From positions 2,666-66,665 of the forward strand of contig CALMRC010000114.1 in NCBI GenBank assembly GCA_937873275.1: a stretch of DNA of 64,000 bases, written 5' to 3'. The position numbers and the translations under genes were made by a program. Of this stretch, positions 19,001 to 27,397 are shown piece by piece; within the stretch, counting starts at the first letter, position 1; each line of letters begins with the position of its first letter. The DNA comes from an uncultured Spirochaetota bacterium (GTDB taxonomy: Bacteria > Spirochaetota > Spirochaetia > Treponematales > UBA12059). The notes under the pieces were generated by a model that saw only the letters and a list, made by a program, of their open reading frames with translations, did not search any database and had not been told where the DNA came from.

Positions 19001-19743
19001 TCCAGCTGGCCGGGCAGGGAGTAGGGGGAGGCCTCCACGGGACAGCGGAGGAGCTTGACCAGGGGGAGACGCTCCGGACCGAAGGGCGGAAGGCCGTCGA
19101 AGAAGGTCTCCAGGCTTTCCAGGGCCGGCAGGTACTTCGTCGCGCCCCGGAGGGCCGAGTCGTCGAAGAGCTCCCGGAAGGGTTCGAAGGCGGGATTCTC
19201 GTTGGCCAGCTTCAGGAGCAGGAGTTCCTCCAGGGCCAGGGCCTTGTTGGGGACCCCGTCGGTCGAACCGGCGAGCCAGTCGGCCTCGTCCGCCTTGTTC
19301 CGGTAGACGTCCCGGGGCGGGAAGTCCCGGGTGAAGGCCAGGAGCAGGGCGTCGGTCTGGGCCTTGCCCACGTCCTTCTCCACCGCGGCCAGGGCCCGGA
19401 CGAAGGCGTCCGGGGCGACGGCGGCCCGGAACCGGGCGCAGACGAAGTGGAGGATCTCGTCCACCAGGCCCATCGCGTTGAGGCGTCCGGCCTTGACGGA
19501 GCGGTCCGGGTGGGCCTGGACGGCGGGGCGGGAGTTCAGGGACCGGGCCAGGACCCGGGAGGCGTAGAAATTGGGGAAGATTACGTTGCCGGAGAGCTGG
19601 AAGAGGGATTCGTCCAGCCCGTGTTCCGCCCGGAGGGAGCGGCGCACGTGGAACTCCATCGCCGGGCCGCCGGCCCGGGCCTCCGGCTCGTTCCCGCCGT
19701 CGAATGCCGAGAGCCTCAGGACGATACCGTAGCGCTGGGTCAT
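16075..19743 (-). CDS. Large alpha-amylase family (GH13-like) glycoside hydrolase with Ala-rich C-terminal extension
   Basis: 1222-aa ORF. FNALWLIGLWERS...YSLFDYEI...GIRLAADMVPNHTG...IRFDAAM...LLAEAFW are GH13 conserved regions. The function of the C-terminal ~350 aa is unknown. Confidence 0.75.
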   Translation of the reverse strand: MTQRYGIVLRLSAFDGGNEPEARAGGPAMEFHVRRSLRAEHGLDESLFQLSGNVIFPNFYASRVLARSLNSRPAVQAHPDRSVKAGRLNAMGLVDEILHFVCARFRAAVAPDAFVRALAAVEKDVGKAQTDALLLAFTRDFPPRDVYRNKADEADWLAGSTDGVPNKALALEELLLLKLANENPAFEPFRELFDDSALRGATKYLPALESLETFFDGLPPFGPERLPLVKLLRCPVEASPYSLPGQLDYMRRNWGLLLGPLLARILGGLDMIKEEEKPFFPGPGPSRVYVYEGMEHEYERFTEDKDWMPRVVMMAKSVLVWLHQLSVAYGRTIDRLDLIPDEELDLLATRGFNALWLIGLWERSDASRRIKQLCGNPEAAASAYSLFDYEIAGELGGWSSLHNLRERCAWRGIRLAADMVPNHTGIDSEWVRNRPDLFVQAGHPPFPGYTFNGENLSGDPSVGIWLEDHYYNRSDAAVVFKRTDFRTGDTRFVYHGNDGTGMPWNDTAQIDFLKPEAREAVAERILHVARVFPIIRFDAAMVLAKRHFRRLWYPEPGSGGDIASRAEHALSRPDFDERMPEEFWRQIVDRCARDAPDTLLLAEAFWMMEGYFVRTLGMHRVYNSAFMNMLKKEENGKFKETIKNTQEFDKRILKRFVNFLNNPDEETAVAQFGKGDKYFGVCTLMATLPGLPMFGHGQVEGFEEKYGMEYRRAYRDEKADAGLVARHEREIFPLLKRRYLFSGVEDFLLYDLWEERGQVNQNVFAYSNRSGGEAALVAFNNAYERASGWIKDSAYYAEILPDGTKRHVQRSLSDALGLTGRDGRFLVFREQRSELWYLRPSKDVAARGLHLALNGYESQVFLDAHEIEDDATGRYATLCRNLGGAGVPDLSAALQDIDLAELYAAFAALLSPEFLAALRVTPVPGPEAGIPGPAPNPEPSTAEAPAGSRKGAPKKTAVPPPAVASLLESLPERSRAFARTALVFLEDFDGGAEPSPGKSEGARATPVPEGTTAANKQPSGTVPTDPVKRTAAALVSGFRDLASFLQEVRSGGPDSFPAALTAAFPAAAQTAAALVVLDSLRALLGPRARGEDARALADHWCLDRKLREALQAAGVPGDEAWRLANGAKTAAALAPDGPSARTLWKAWTADEDGRRILGVNTWDGIEWFRAEGFGLFAAAASLGVLFAPGGGTYKSRETAAMKLYADLRKMEVKSEYKVDGGL

Positions 19744-20033
19744 GGCCTTGCCCCCTGTCTCCGATCATAGCCGAAGGAAGGGGGAGGTGTCCAATGCCGC
19801 GATGCCGAGCTCCGCTCGGTGATTTTTTCCGCGGCACCGAAGGAGGGAGAGGAATTGCTCATTCCGTCCATTTTTTATCTTGACAGCTCTAATATATCAG
19901 GTGAAGATACCAATACGTCGACATGAGTTTTCTCCTCAAAGAAACACGTACGAGGGGGAATTCCTGTCCGCAGCCGGGAATCCTGGGATTCCCGGAACCA
20001 TTTCAAAGGGACTTCACGTCCCGGGAGGCTTCG

Positions 20034-21266
20034 ATGCGGAAAATCGCCGCAGTCATCCTCGCGCTCGCCTTGATCGCATCCGCGGGCGCCCAGGACAAGG
20101 TCATCAAGATCGGGACCCTCTTCCCCATGACGGGCCCCGTCGCCACCGCCGGCCAGAGGTGCCAGGCGGCGGTCGAGACCATCGTGGACATCATCAACGG
20201 CGTGTACCCGGACCTGGACCTGCCGATCGCCAAGAAGGCGGGGCTCCTGGACGGGTACAGGATCGAGCTGGTCAAGGCGGACCACCAGGGCAAGCCCGAC
20301 GTGGCCAAGTCCGAGGCCGAGCGCCTCTACGGGCAGGAGGGCGTCTTCGCCGTCATCGGCTCCTACAACTCCTCCGCCTCCAAGCCCGCCAGCGCCGTGG
20401 CCGAGCGCCTTCAGAAGATCTTCATGTGCGGCGCCTCCTCCTCCGCGGCCCTCACCGAGCGGGACCTCAAGTACTTCTTCCGCCTGGCCCCCACGGACCG
20501 CATCGAGGCCATCGAGTTCGTGCACTGGTTCGACGAGCTCAACAAGTCCAAGAAGGCGGGGATCAAGACCGTCGGCGTCATCTACGAGAACACCGAGTTC
20601 GGCAAGCACGCCGCGGACGAGGCCAAGGCCCACGCCCAGAAGTCCGGCTACAAGGTCGTGGCGGACGTTCCCTTCACGGTCGGAGCCACCAACCTGAACT
20701 CTGAGATCCAGAAGCTCAAGGCCGCCAACCCCGACGCTCTCTTCGGCGCGGTCCTGGGCGCGGACTACTCCCTGATGGTCCGGACCATGAAGCAGTTCAA
20801 GTGGAAGCCGAAGATCGCCATCAACTTCTGCTCGGGCTACCAGGACCAGAAGATCAACGAACAGCTGGGCAAGGACGGCTGGGGCTTCATGGGCTCCGCG
20901 GGCTACACCCCCGAGTTCGGCGCCCGGTTCATGAAGGGCGTCGCCCCCGTGGAGGCGTACTTCATGAAGAAGGTCGGGGTGCCCTTCGACTCCAACTCCA
21001 TCCAGGAAGCCGTGGCCATCTATGTCCTGGCCCTGGCCATCGAGAAGGCCGGCACCCTGGACACCGAGAAGGTCGCCGAGGTCCTGCGCACCGCCACCTT
21101 CGACAGCCCCCTGTCCATGGGCGGCAAGGTCAAGTTCGAGTCCCCCGGCGGACAGAACATCATGGCCCGGAGCGTGATCTCCCAGCTCCAGGACGGGGCC
21201 TACAAGACCGTATTCCCCTACGAGTACAAGGACGCGGCCCCGATCTATCCGATCCCGAAGTGGTAA
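20034..21266 (+). CDS. ABC transporter substrate-binding protein, branched-chain amino acid (LivJ/LivK-like) family
   Basis: ATG at 20034 (MRKIAAVILALALIASAGAQDKVIKIGTLFPMTGPVATAG) has a signal peptide followed by the family-typical N-terminus. It lies upstream of livHMGF. Confidence 0.85.
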   Translation: MRKIAAVILALALIASAGAQDKVIKIGTLFPMTGPVATAGQRCQAAVETIVDIINGVYPDLDLPIAKKAGLLDGYRIELVKADHQGKPDVAKSEAERLYGQEGVFAVIGSYNSSASKPASAVAERLQKIFMCGASSSAALTERDLKYFFRLAPTDRIEAIEFVHWFDELNKSKKAGIKTVGVIYENTEFGKHAADEAKAHAQKSGYKVVADVPFTVGATNLNSEIQKLKAANPDALFGAVLGADYSLMVRTMKQFKWKPKIAINFCSGYQDQKINEQLGKDGWGFMGSAGYTPEFGARFMKGVAPVEAYFMKKVGVPFDSNSIQEAVAIYVLALAIEKAGTLDTEKVAEVLRTATFDSPLSMGGKVKFESPGGQNIMARSVISQLQDGAYKTVFPYEYKDAAPIYPIPKW

Positions 21267-21278
21267 TCTGAGTTTCCG

Positions 21279-21302
21279 GGGGGCCGGCCTCGGCCGGCCC
21301 CC
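21279..21302 (+). terminator. GC-rich hairpin between the binding-protein gene and livH (possible attenuator or partial terminator)
   Basis: GGGGGCCGGCC-TC-GGCCGGCCCCC is a palindrome of about 10 bp, followed by GCTCTTTCC (weak T tract). Confidence 0.4.
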
Positions 21303-21345
21303 GCTCTTTCCGCGCAACCATCCCATTCTGCGAGGTTCACGGACT

Positions 21346-22203
21346 ATGTCGTTATTCCTTCAGGTCATTCTGGACGGCCTCTGGGCGGGTCTGCTGTACG
21401 GGCTCATTGCGGCGGGCTTGAGCCTCATCTGGGGCGTCATGGACGTGCTCAACTTCGCCCACGGCGACTTCCTCATGGTGGGCATGTACGTCTCCTTCTT
21501 CCTGGGATTTCTCTTCAAGGCGGATCCCCTGGTCTCCTGGATCGCCTCCGGGATCTTCCTGTTCCTGTTCGGGATGCTCACCTACAAGCTGATCATCTCC
21601 CGGATCCTGGGAAAGGCGATGGCGCCCCTCCTGGCGACCTTCGGCCTTTCCATGATGGTGAAGAACTTCGTCCTCAACCGGTTCTCCCCGAATTTCCGCA
21701 TCCTCGAGTCCACCATCCTGGAGGGCCGGTCCTTCATGGTCGGGGACGTGATCGTGCCCCTGCCCCAGTTCGTGACCTCCCTCTTCGCCCTGGTCGTGCT
21801 GGGGCTTCTCTATTGGATGCTGACCCGGACCCGGTTCGGCTGGGCCGTCCAGGCCACGGCCCTGGACGGGGAAGCCGCCCGGCTCATGGGGGTCAACACG
21901 GAGAAGATCTTTCTCCTGGTCTTCGGCATCGGCGGAGCCTGCGTGGGGATCGCCGGAGGGCTGCTGCCCTCGTATCTGGCCACCCACCCGGATGTCGGGA
22001 CCCTGTTCAGCCTCATCGCCTTCATGATCGTGGCCATGGGCGGCTTCGGGAGCGTGCCCGGGGCCCTGGTGGCCGCGGTGATGGTGGGACTCATCGAGTC
22101 CCTGGCGGGGTTCTACATCGGCCCGGTCTACAAGTACATCGCGGTCTTCGGGATCTACCTCGTCGTCATCCTCATCCGGCCCAAGGGCCTCTTCGGGTGG
22201 TGA
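21346..22203 (+). CDS. livH: Branched-chain amino acid ABC transporter permease
   Basis: 285-aa polytopic membrane ORF, LivH-like (NFAHGDFLMVGMY; GGFGSVPGALV). Confidence 0.85.
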   Translation: MSLFLQVILDGLWAGLLYGLIAAGLSLIWGVMDVLNFAHGDFLMVGMYVSFFLGFLFKADPLVSWIASGIFLFLFGMLTYKLIISRILGKAMAPLLATFGLSMMVKNFVLNRFSPNFRILESTILEGRSFMVGDVIVPLPQFVTSLFALVVLGLLYWMLTRTRFGWAVQATALDGEAARLMGVNTEKIFLLVFGIGGACVGIAGGLLPSYLATHPDVGTLFSLIAFMIVAMGGFGSVPGALVAAVMVGLIESLAGFYIGPVYKYIAVFGIYLVVILIRPKGLFGW

Positions 22204-22206
22204 GCC

Positions 22207-23217
22207 ATGGATATCCGTAAGTTCCTTTCGAAGTACGGTTGGCCCCTCCTCCTGGCCGCCCTGGCCGCCCTGCCCCTGGTGGGGCTGGTGGGCCCCGGGT
22301 TTTCCTCCCACGTCCTCATCACCATCCTCCTGACCGCCGCGATGGCCCAGGCCTGGAACCTGATCGGCGGCTACGGCGGCCAGGTATCCTTCGGCCACTC
22401 GGTATTCTTCGGTATCGGGGCCTACGGGGCGGCCTTCGCGGTCTGCGTGGGCAAGACCACCCCCTGGCCGGGGGTGATCGTCGGCGCCCTCCTGGCGGCG
22501 GTCACCGCGGTGATCGTCAGCTATCCCTGCTTCAAGCTGAAGGGACACTACTTCGCCATCGCGACCTTCGCGGTGGTGGAGATCTTCAACCGGGTCTTCA
22601 TGATCTGGGACTGGGTGGGCGGGGCCGTGGGTCTGGACTACACGATCCTGGAGGACGGGTGGCGGAACTTCACCTGGTCCGTGGACAAGCGGGGCTACTA
22701 CCTGGGAGCCCTGGCCCTCTTCGCCCTGGTCTTCACGGTGACCCGGGTCATCGAGCGATCCCGGTTCGGGTACTACCTCCGGGCCGTCCGGGAGGGGCAG
22801 GAGACGGCCGAATCCCTGGGGGTCAACTCCACGGGGGTCAAGCTGACGGCCATGGCCCTGTCCGCCTTCCTGGCGGCCCTGTGCGGGGCCTTCTTCGCCC
22901 AGTACAACTTCCGGGTGGACCCGCCCATGGTGATGAGCCTGGACATGTCCATGAAGTTCGTCCTGGTGGCCATCCTGGGCGGTATCGGAACCTTCTGGGG
23001 GCCCCTCTTGGGAGCCCTGGTGCTCATCCCCCTGCAGGAGTACAGCCGCGCCTACCTGGCCAAGCTGGGCTCCGGGGTGGACCTCATCATCTTCGGCCTC
23101 ATCATCATCCTCATGATGGTCTACCAACCCGGGGGCATCCTGGGCATCCTGACGGGCACCAAGGCGAGGAAAGCCCGGCTCCGGGCCCGGCTGGCGGCGG
23201 AAGGAGGCGCGAAATGA
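22207..23217 (+). CDS. livM: Branched-chain amino acid ABC transporter permease
   Basis: 336-aa polytopic membrane ORF, LivM-like (GGYGGQVSFGHSVFFGIGAY). Confidence 0.85.
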   Translation: MDIRKFLSKYGWPLLLAALAALPLVGLVGPGFSSHVLITILLTAAMAQAWNLIGGYGGQVSFGHSVFFGIGAYGAAFAVCVGKTTPWPGVIVGALLAAVTAVIVSYPCFKLKGHYFAIATFAVVEIFNRVFMIWDWVGGAVGLDYTILEDGWRNFTWSVDKRGYYLGALALFALVFTVTRVIERSRFGYYLRAVREGQETAESLGVNSTGVKLTAMALSAFLAALCGAFFAQYNFRVDPPMVMSLDMSMKFVLVAILGGIGTFWGPLLGALVLIPLQEYSRAYLAKLGSGVDLIIFGLIIILMMVYQPGGILGILTGTKARKARLRARLAAEGGAK

Positions 23218-23963
23218 GCGCGATCCTGCAGGTGGAGGGCGTCTCCATGAAATTCGGCGCCCTCCTGGCCAACAAGGACGTATCCTTCGACGTGGAGGAG
23301 GGGGCCATCGTCGGCCTCATCGGCCCGAACGGGGCGGGCAAGACCACCCTGTTCAACTGCGTGGCGGGGTTCTACAAACCCTCCGCGGGCTCCATCCGGT
23401 TCCGGGGCGAGGAGATCGCGGGCCTGCCCTCGTACAAGGTCGCCCGGAAGGGCCTGGCCCGGACCTTCCAGGTCGTGCGCCCCCTCAAGGAAATGTCGGT
23501 CTTCGAGAACATCCTGGTCGGGGCCTACCTGGGCCACCCGGACAACAAGCACGCCCGCGAGGTCGCCGAGGAGTGCCTGGAGACCTGCTTCCTCCAGGAC
23601 TGGCGGGACTGGCCGGCCGGGGACATGACCATCGGCAACAAGAAGCGGCTGGAGGTCGCCCGGGCTTTGGCCACCTCGCCCCGGATGATCCTCCTGGACG
23701 AGGCGGTCGCGGGGCTCACCAGCACCGAGGTGCGGGAGATGGTGGAGGTCATCAAGCGCCTCAAGGCAAACGGGCTCACGGTCCTCATGGTGGAGCACAT
23801 CATGGAGGCCATCATGCCCATCGCGGACAAGATCGTCGTGCTGGCCTCGGGGGAGAAGATCGCCGAAGGGGCCCCGAAGGACATCGTCCGGGATCCCAAG
23901 GTGATCACCGCCTACCTCGGCAAGAAGTACGCCGAGGCCATGGACAAGGGGGCCGGAGCATGA
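23214..23963 (+). CDS. livG: Branched-chain amino acid ABC transporter ATP-binding protein
   Basis: ATG at 23214 overlaps the livM stop (ATGA). Walker A is GPNGAGKTT. The LivG-type N-terminus is LQVEGVSMKFGAL. Confidence 0.85.
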   Translation: MSAILQVEGVSMKFGALLANKDVSFDVEEGAIVGLIGPNGAGKTTLFNCVAGFYKPSAGSIRFRGEEIAGLPSYKVARKGLARTFQVVRPLKEMSVFENILVGAYLGHPDNKHAREVAEECLETCFLQDWRDWPAGDMTIGNKKRLEVARALATSPRMILLDEAVAGLTSTEVREMVEVIKRLKANGLTVLMVEHIMEAIMPIADKIVVLASGEKIAEGAPKDIVRDPKVITAYLGKKYAEAMDKGAGA

Positions 23964-24679
23964 GCGGGGAACTCCTTCTCGAAGTCAAGGACATCCATTG
24001 CGGGTACGACGGGGTGCCCGTGATCCACGGCGTCTCCCTGGAGGTCCGCTCCGGCGAGATCGTCGCCCTCATCGGGGCCAACGGGGCCGGCAAGTCCACC
24101 ACCATGCGGACCATCGCCGGGCTCATGCACGCCGCCTCGGGGACCATCGCCTTCGACGGAGCGGACATCACCAAGGTGCCCGCCTACTCGATCGTTGCCC
24201 GGGGCCTGGCCTACGTGCCGGAGGCCCGAAGACTCTTCTCCAAGCTGTCGGTACGGCAGAACCTGGAGATGGGGGCCTTCACGGTCAAGGACCGGGGCGA
24301 GGTCGCCGCCCGCCTGGACCGGGCCTTCCGGCTCTTCCCGGTGCTCAAGGACCGGGCCGGCCAGATCGCGGAGACCATGTCCGGGGGCGAACAGCAGATG
24401 TGCGCCATCGCCCGGGGCCTCATGTCGAATCCCAAGCTGATCATGCTGGATGAACTCTCCCTGGGCCTCCAGCCGAGCATCGTGGAGAAGGTCCTGGAGA
24501 CGGTCGTGGAGATCCGGAAGCAGGGCATAACCGTCCTCCTGGTCGAGCAGCTGGTCCAGGAAGCCCTGGAGATCGCGGACCGGGGCTACGTCATCCAGAC
24601 CGGGGCCATCGTCCACCAGGGCACCGCCGCGGAGCTCCTGGCCTCCCCGGAGGTTCGGAAGGCGTACATGGGGATGTAG
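23960..24679 (+). CDS. livF: Branched-chain amino acid ABC transporter ATP-binding protein
   Basis: ATG at 23960 overlaps the livG stop. Walker A is GANGAGKST, the signature is MSGGEQQM, and Walker B is LIMLDE. Confidence 0.85.
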   Translation: MSGELLLEVKDIHCGYDGVPVIHGVSLEVRSGEIVALIGANGAGKSTTMRTIAGLMHAASGTIAFDGADITKVPAYSIVARGLAYVPEARRLFSKLSVRQNLEMGAFTVKDRGEVAARLDRAFRLFPVLKDRAGQIAETMSGGEQQMCAIARGLMSNPKLIMLDELSLGLQPSIVEKVLETVVEIRKQGITVLLVEQLVQEALEIADRGYVIQTGAIVHQGTAAELLASPEVRKAYMGM

Positions 24680-24720
24680 CGTCATTCTGTTGGGCCGCGC
24701 TGCGGCCCAACAGAATGACG
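24680..24720. terminator. Perfect 19-bp hairpin immediately after the livF stop (no T tract)
   Basis: CGTCATTCTGTTGGGCCGC-GCT-GCGGCCCAACAGAATGACG, paired by hand from 24680-24698 to 24702-24720. Confidence 0.5.
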
Positions 24721-24745
24721 GCAACGAAGCCCTTCGGGCTTCGTT

Positions 24746-24864
24746 GATTTACAGTAGGCACGGCGACGAGCTTCGCTCGTCGATTTACATTAGGCGCGGC
24801 GCGGAAGCCCTCATTTGGGCTTCCACGATTTTACGATGGACGGCGCCGATACGCGCTCGCCGGC
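24746..24864. repeat. Three degenerate tandem units, each a conserved ~19-nt head followed by a different short hairpin
   Basis: Heads are GATTTACAGTAGGCACGGC (24746), GATTTACATTAGGCGCGGC (24782) and GATTTTACGATGGACGGC (24827). They are followed by hairpins GACGAGC-TTC-GCTCGTC, GGAAGCCC-TCATTT-GGGCTTCC and a weak CGGCG...CGCCG. Confidence 0.6.
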
Positions 24865-27309
24865 TTATTTATGTACCCAGACTCCTCCCTGCAGGTAATA
24901 CAGGCCATTCTTGTCGTTCACGGTCCAAACGGCTTCCGAGGAATCGGATGTGGACTTCAGAACAATTCCCATGTTGCCGGCGTCTGAAATCTCGGGTGTC
25001 CCGTCGGGATTGCAGAGTATGCCCCAGAGGAAAGACTTCTCCTTCCTGGAATCCCCGGTGAACTCGAAATCGAGGGTGAATCCCTTTTCCAGGAAAAGGC
25101 GGCCGGTTCCGTCCGCGGACAGGATCAAGAAACTCCTCGGTCCGTCTTCCCGTCCGCCACCTTCGGCCTTATAGGATCCGACGACACCGCTGATATCGCG
25201 TCGCACCAGAACCTTCTTCCCTTGGGCCTGCATCTCGATCAGGTTGCTTTTCTGCGGACCGGCAGTCGTCGGAGCCGCGGATGTGCCGGAGGTCCCGGGC
25301 GTGCCCGATGCGGGAGTCGTGCCCGCAAGCCCCATCCTGTCGGCGAACCCGACCGGTCCCGGAGTGCCGGCTGTGCCGCTCCCCGAGGTTCCGCTGGCCG
25401 GTGTCCCCGGAGCTCCAGCGGCTCCCGCCCCGCCGGTCCGGGAGTCCGCGATCGCCTGGGCCGTGCTCTTAGAGCCCGACATGGAGGCATCCCCCCTTGT
25501 CACATCCCCGGCGACCTTGGCTCCGAACAAGGCGGCCTCGGCGCCGGACATCCCGACGCTCCCACCCGCGAGGGCGGCCCCCACTCCGAAGATCCCCGCG
25601 ATCAGTTTGTTGCTGGACTTGGAGGCCAGCGCCTTCTGCTCCGCCGCGGTCCGCTCCGCCGCGAGCCGGGCCATCTCCGCTTGGTCCGCCTTCTCCTTGG
25701 CCAGCTTCTCCCGCTCCTGCCGCAGGGCTTCAATCTGCCTCTCGTTCTCCTGCTTGATCAGGAAGGCCTGGTCGATGCGCTTGCCGTCGTAGTACTCGCA
25801 GCGTTCTATGCTCTCTCCGTTGAAATAGATCCCGATCCCGTGGGGCTTGCCGTCCCGGAAGGTACCCTCGAACTTCTCGCCGTCCGGCCGGGAGAGGACG
25901 CCCTGTCCGTGGTAGACGCCGGACTTGAACTCCCCCTCGTAGCGGGTCCCGTCGGGAAGGAGGACGATCCCCCTCCCCTCGGGCTTTCCGTCCGCCAGTC
26001 CCCCGGTGTAGGTCCAGCCCGAAGCGCCCCGGATCGTTCCCTGGACGAGCCGGTCCTCCGAGAACCGGCCGACGTAGAGGGTGCCGTCGGGTCCTTCCAT
26101 CGTCCCCTCGACCAGTCGCCCGCCCCGGAAGGTGCCCTCCAGGATCCGCCACGCGGCGTCCGCGGATATCGCCCGGCCCTTCCCGTCCACGGGGATGCCC
26201 TTGGCGGTCCGGCCCAGGAAGATCCACTCCCGGACGGGGGAGAGGATCTTCCCTCCCAAGGGGAAGCTCTCCTTGAGGACGCCGTTCTCCCAGAACTGGA
26301 CCTCTCCGCCCCCGCTCTTCAGCAGGGCGCCCCAGCCGTCCCGCAGGTCGTCCCGGTAGGCGCCCACGTAGGATGTGCCGTCGGGCATCGCCAAGACGCC
26401 CCGGCCCTGCCGGCCGTCCGCGACGCGTCCCGACCAGCGCTCCCCGGAGCGGTTGACCCCCAGGCGGTTCCATCCGAAACGGTCGAAGCCGTCCCGGTCG
26501 AATCCGTCTCGATCCCGGCCGTCGATGATACTGAAGCCATCTTGGAATAAATATTCTGGTCTGATGCTAGAAATCGCAGATTGTAAATCTTTTTCACGTC
26601 TTATATAGAGTTTATATGTATATGAATACCCCATTATATTGCTTGCATCGAGGAAATATGTCTGACCGCCGCCTGTTCTAATGAGTTGAAGCGTCATAAG
26701 AGGTTTGAAGGATATTGATTCCCATACTACTCCCTTGCTCAATTGTGTTTCAGGCCAAGACGACTTTCCATGTTGTTGTAATCTTCTGCTGCTTGATTCT
26801 TCCGATTCTTGGTATAGCAGAGTCATCTGCAATGGAGGGATGCGAGGGACAGAATTCATGAATAAAGTGCGACAATTCAAAATGGAGTCAAGGTATTCTT
26901 TGCTCGCGGAAGTTTCCGACTTTGTCACTTTTCCTGAAGACAGGTCAATATAAAAATGTCGGTAGATATGAGGTCTGTACTGCGTATGAATCGCCAATAG
27001 ATTATTCGAAGGATTATATCTTACCATCAGCTCCAGTGTGATTGGCTTCATGCCTGGAAATTCCGGTGCAGAAGTTGGGATAGGAGCTGAGTCCAATCCG
27101 TAAAATTCGATAACGATCGCTTGGCTGGTTGGTAATGCTTTTTCTATGTCAATAGCAGTGGCCGATGGTTGTGATTTGGGCTTTTGATCATCGGATTTCC
27201 CATAACTACTAGACGTGGATGGTTCTTCGGCGGTTCCTGCACTCCAAGCCTGATGGATCATAATCGATGCAAGAAATGATGCAATGACCAGGCGATAGAT
27301 TTTCTTCAC
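24865..27309 (-). CDS. Secreted MORN-repeat protein with unknown N- and C-terminal domains, a coiled coil and a Gly/Ala/Thr/Pro low-complexity linker
   Basis: GTG start at 27309, 7 nt after AAGGAG. Signal peptide is MKKIYRLVIASFLASIMIHQAWSAG. MORN-like units are YVGAYRDDLRDGWG, YVGRFSEDRLVQG, YTGGLADGKPEGRG, YEGEFKSGVYHGQG and FEGTFRDGKPHGIG. Confidence 0.75.
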   Translation of the reverse strand: MKKIYRLVIASFLASIMIHQAWSAGTAEEPSTSSSYGKSDDQKPKSQPSATAIDIEKALPTSQAIVIEFYGLDSAPIPTSAPEFPGMKPITLELMVRYNPSNNLLAIHTQYRPHIYRHFYIDLSSGKVTKSETSASKEYLDSILNCRTLFMNSVPRIPPLQMTLLYQESEESSSRRLQQHGKSSWPETQLSKGVVWESISFKPLMTLQLIRTGGGQTYFLDASNIMGYSYTYKLYIRREKDLQSAISSIRPEYLFQDGFSIIDGRDRDGFDRDGFDRFGWNRLGVNRSGERWSGRVADGRQGRGVLAMPDGTSYVGAYRDDLRDGWGALLKSGGGEVQFWENGVLKESFPLGGKILSPVREWIFLGRTAKGIPVDGKGRAISADAAWRILEGTFRGGRLVEGTMEGPDGTLYVGRFSEDRLVQGTIRGASGWTYTGGLADGKPEGRGIVLLPDGTRYEGEFKSGVYHGQGVLSRPDGEKFEGTFRDGKPHGIGIYFNGESIERCEYYDGKRIDQAFLIKQENERQIEALRQEREKLAKEKADQAEMARLAAERTAAEQKALASKSSNKLIAGIFGVGAALAGGSVGMSGAEAALFGAKVAGDVTRGDASMSGSKSTAQAIADSRTGGAGAAGAPGTPASGTSGSGTAGTPGPVGFADRMGLAGTTPASGTPGTSGTSAAPTTAGPQKSNLIEMQAQGKKVLVRRDISGVVGSYKAEGGGREDGPRSFLILSADGTGRLFLEKGFTLDFEFTGDSRKEKSFLWGILCNPDGTPEISDAGNMGIVLKSTSDSSEAVWTVNDKNGLYYLQGGVWVHK

Positions 27310-27368
27310 AGGTAAACTCCTTGTTAATTTTTCCAGATCGAAAGGTGCTCGAGATCCTCTTGAAGATC

Positions 27369-27397
27369 ACTATATATATACCGGGTTGGCTTGGTAA
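27369..27397 (-). promoter_or_regulatory. Sigma70-type promoter candidate for the MORN gene
   Basis: Minus strand: TTACCA (27397-27392), 17-nt spacer, TATAGT (27374-27369), about 60 nt upstream of the GTG start, in AT-rich DNA. Confidence 0.45.

Noticed and set aside
16447-19837. ORFs 16447..19770(+) of 1107 aa and 17594..19837(-) of 747 aa
   Set aside because: They are shadow frames of the GH13-like gene 16075..19743. They have biased RPG composition and no recognisable domains.
24746-24864. Possible miniature CRISPR array (repeated GATTTACA... heads with variable sequence between)
   Set aside because: The repeats are only ~19 nt, degenerate and present three times. The 'spacers' are 17-26 nt and self-complementary. 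There are no cas genes. This is not consistent with CRISPR.
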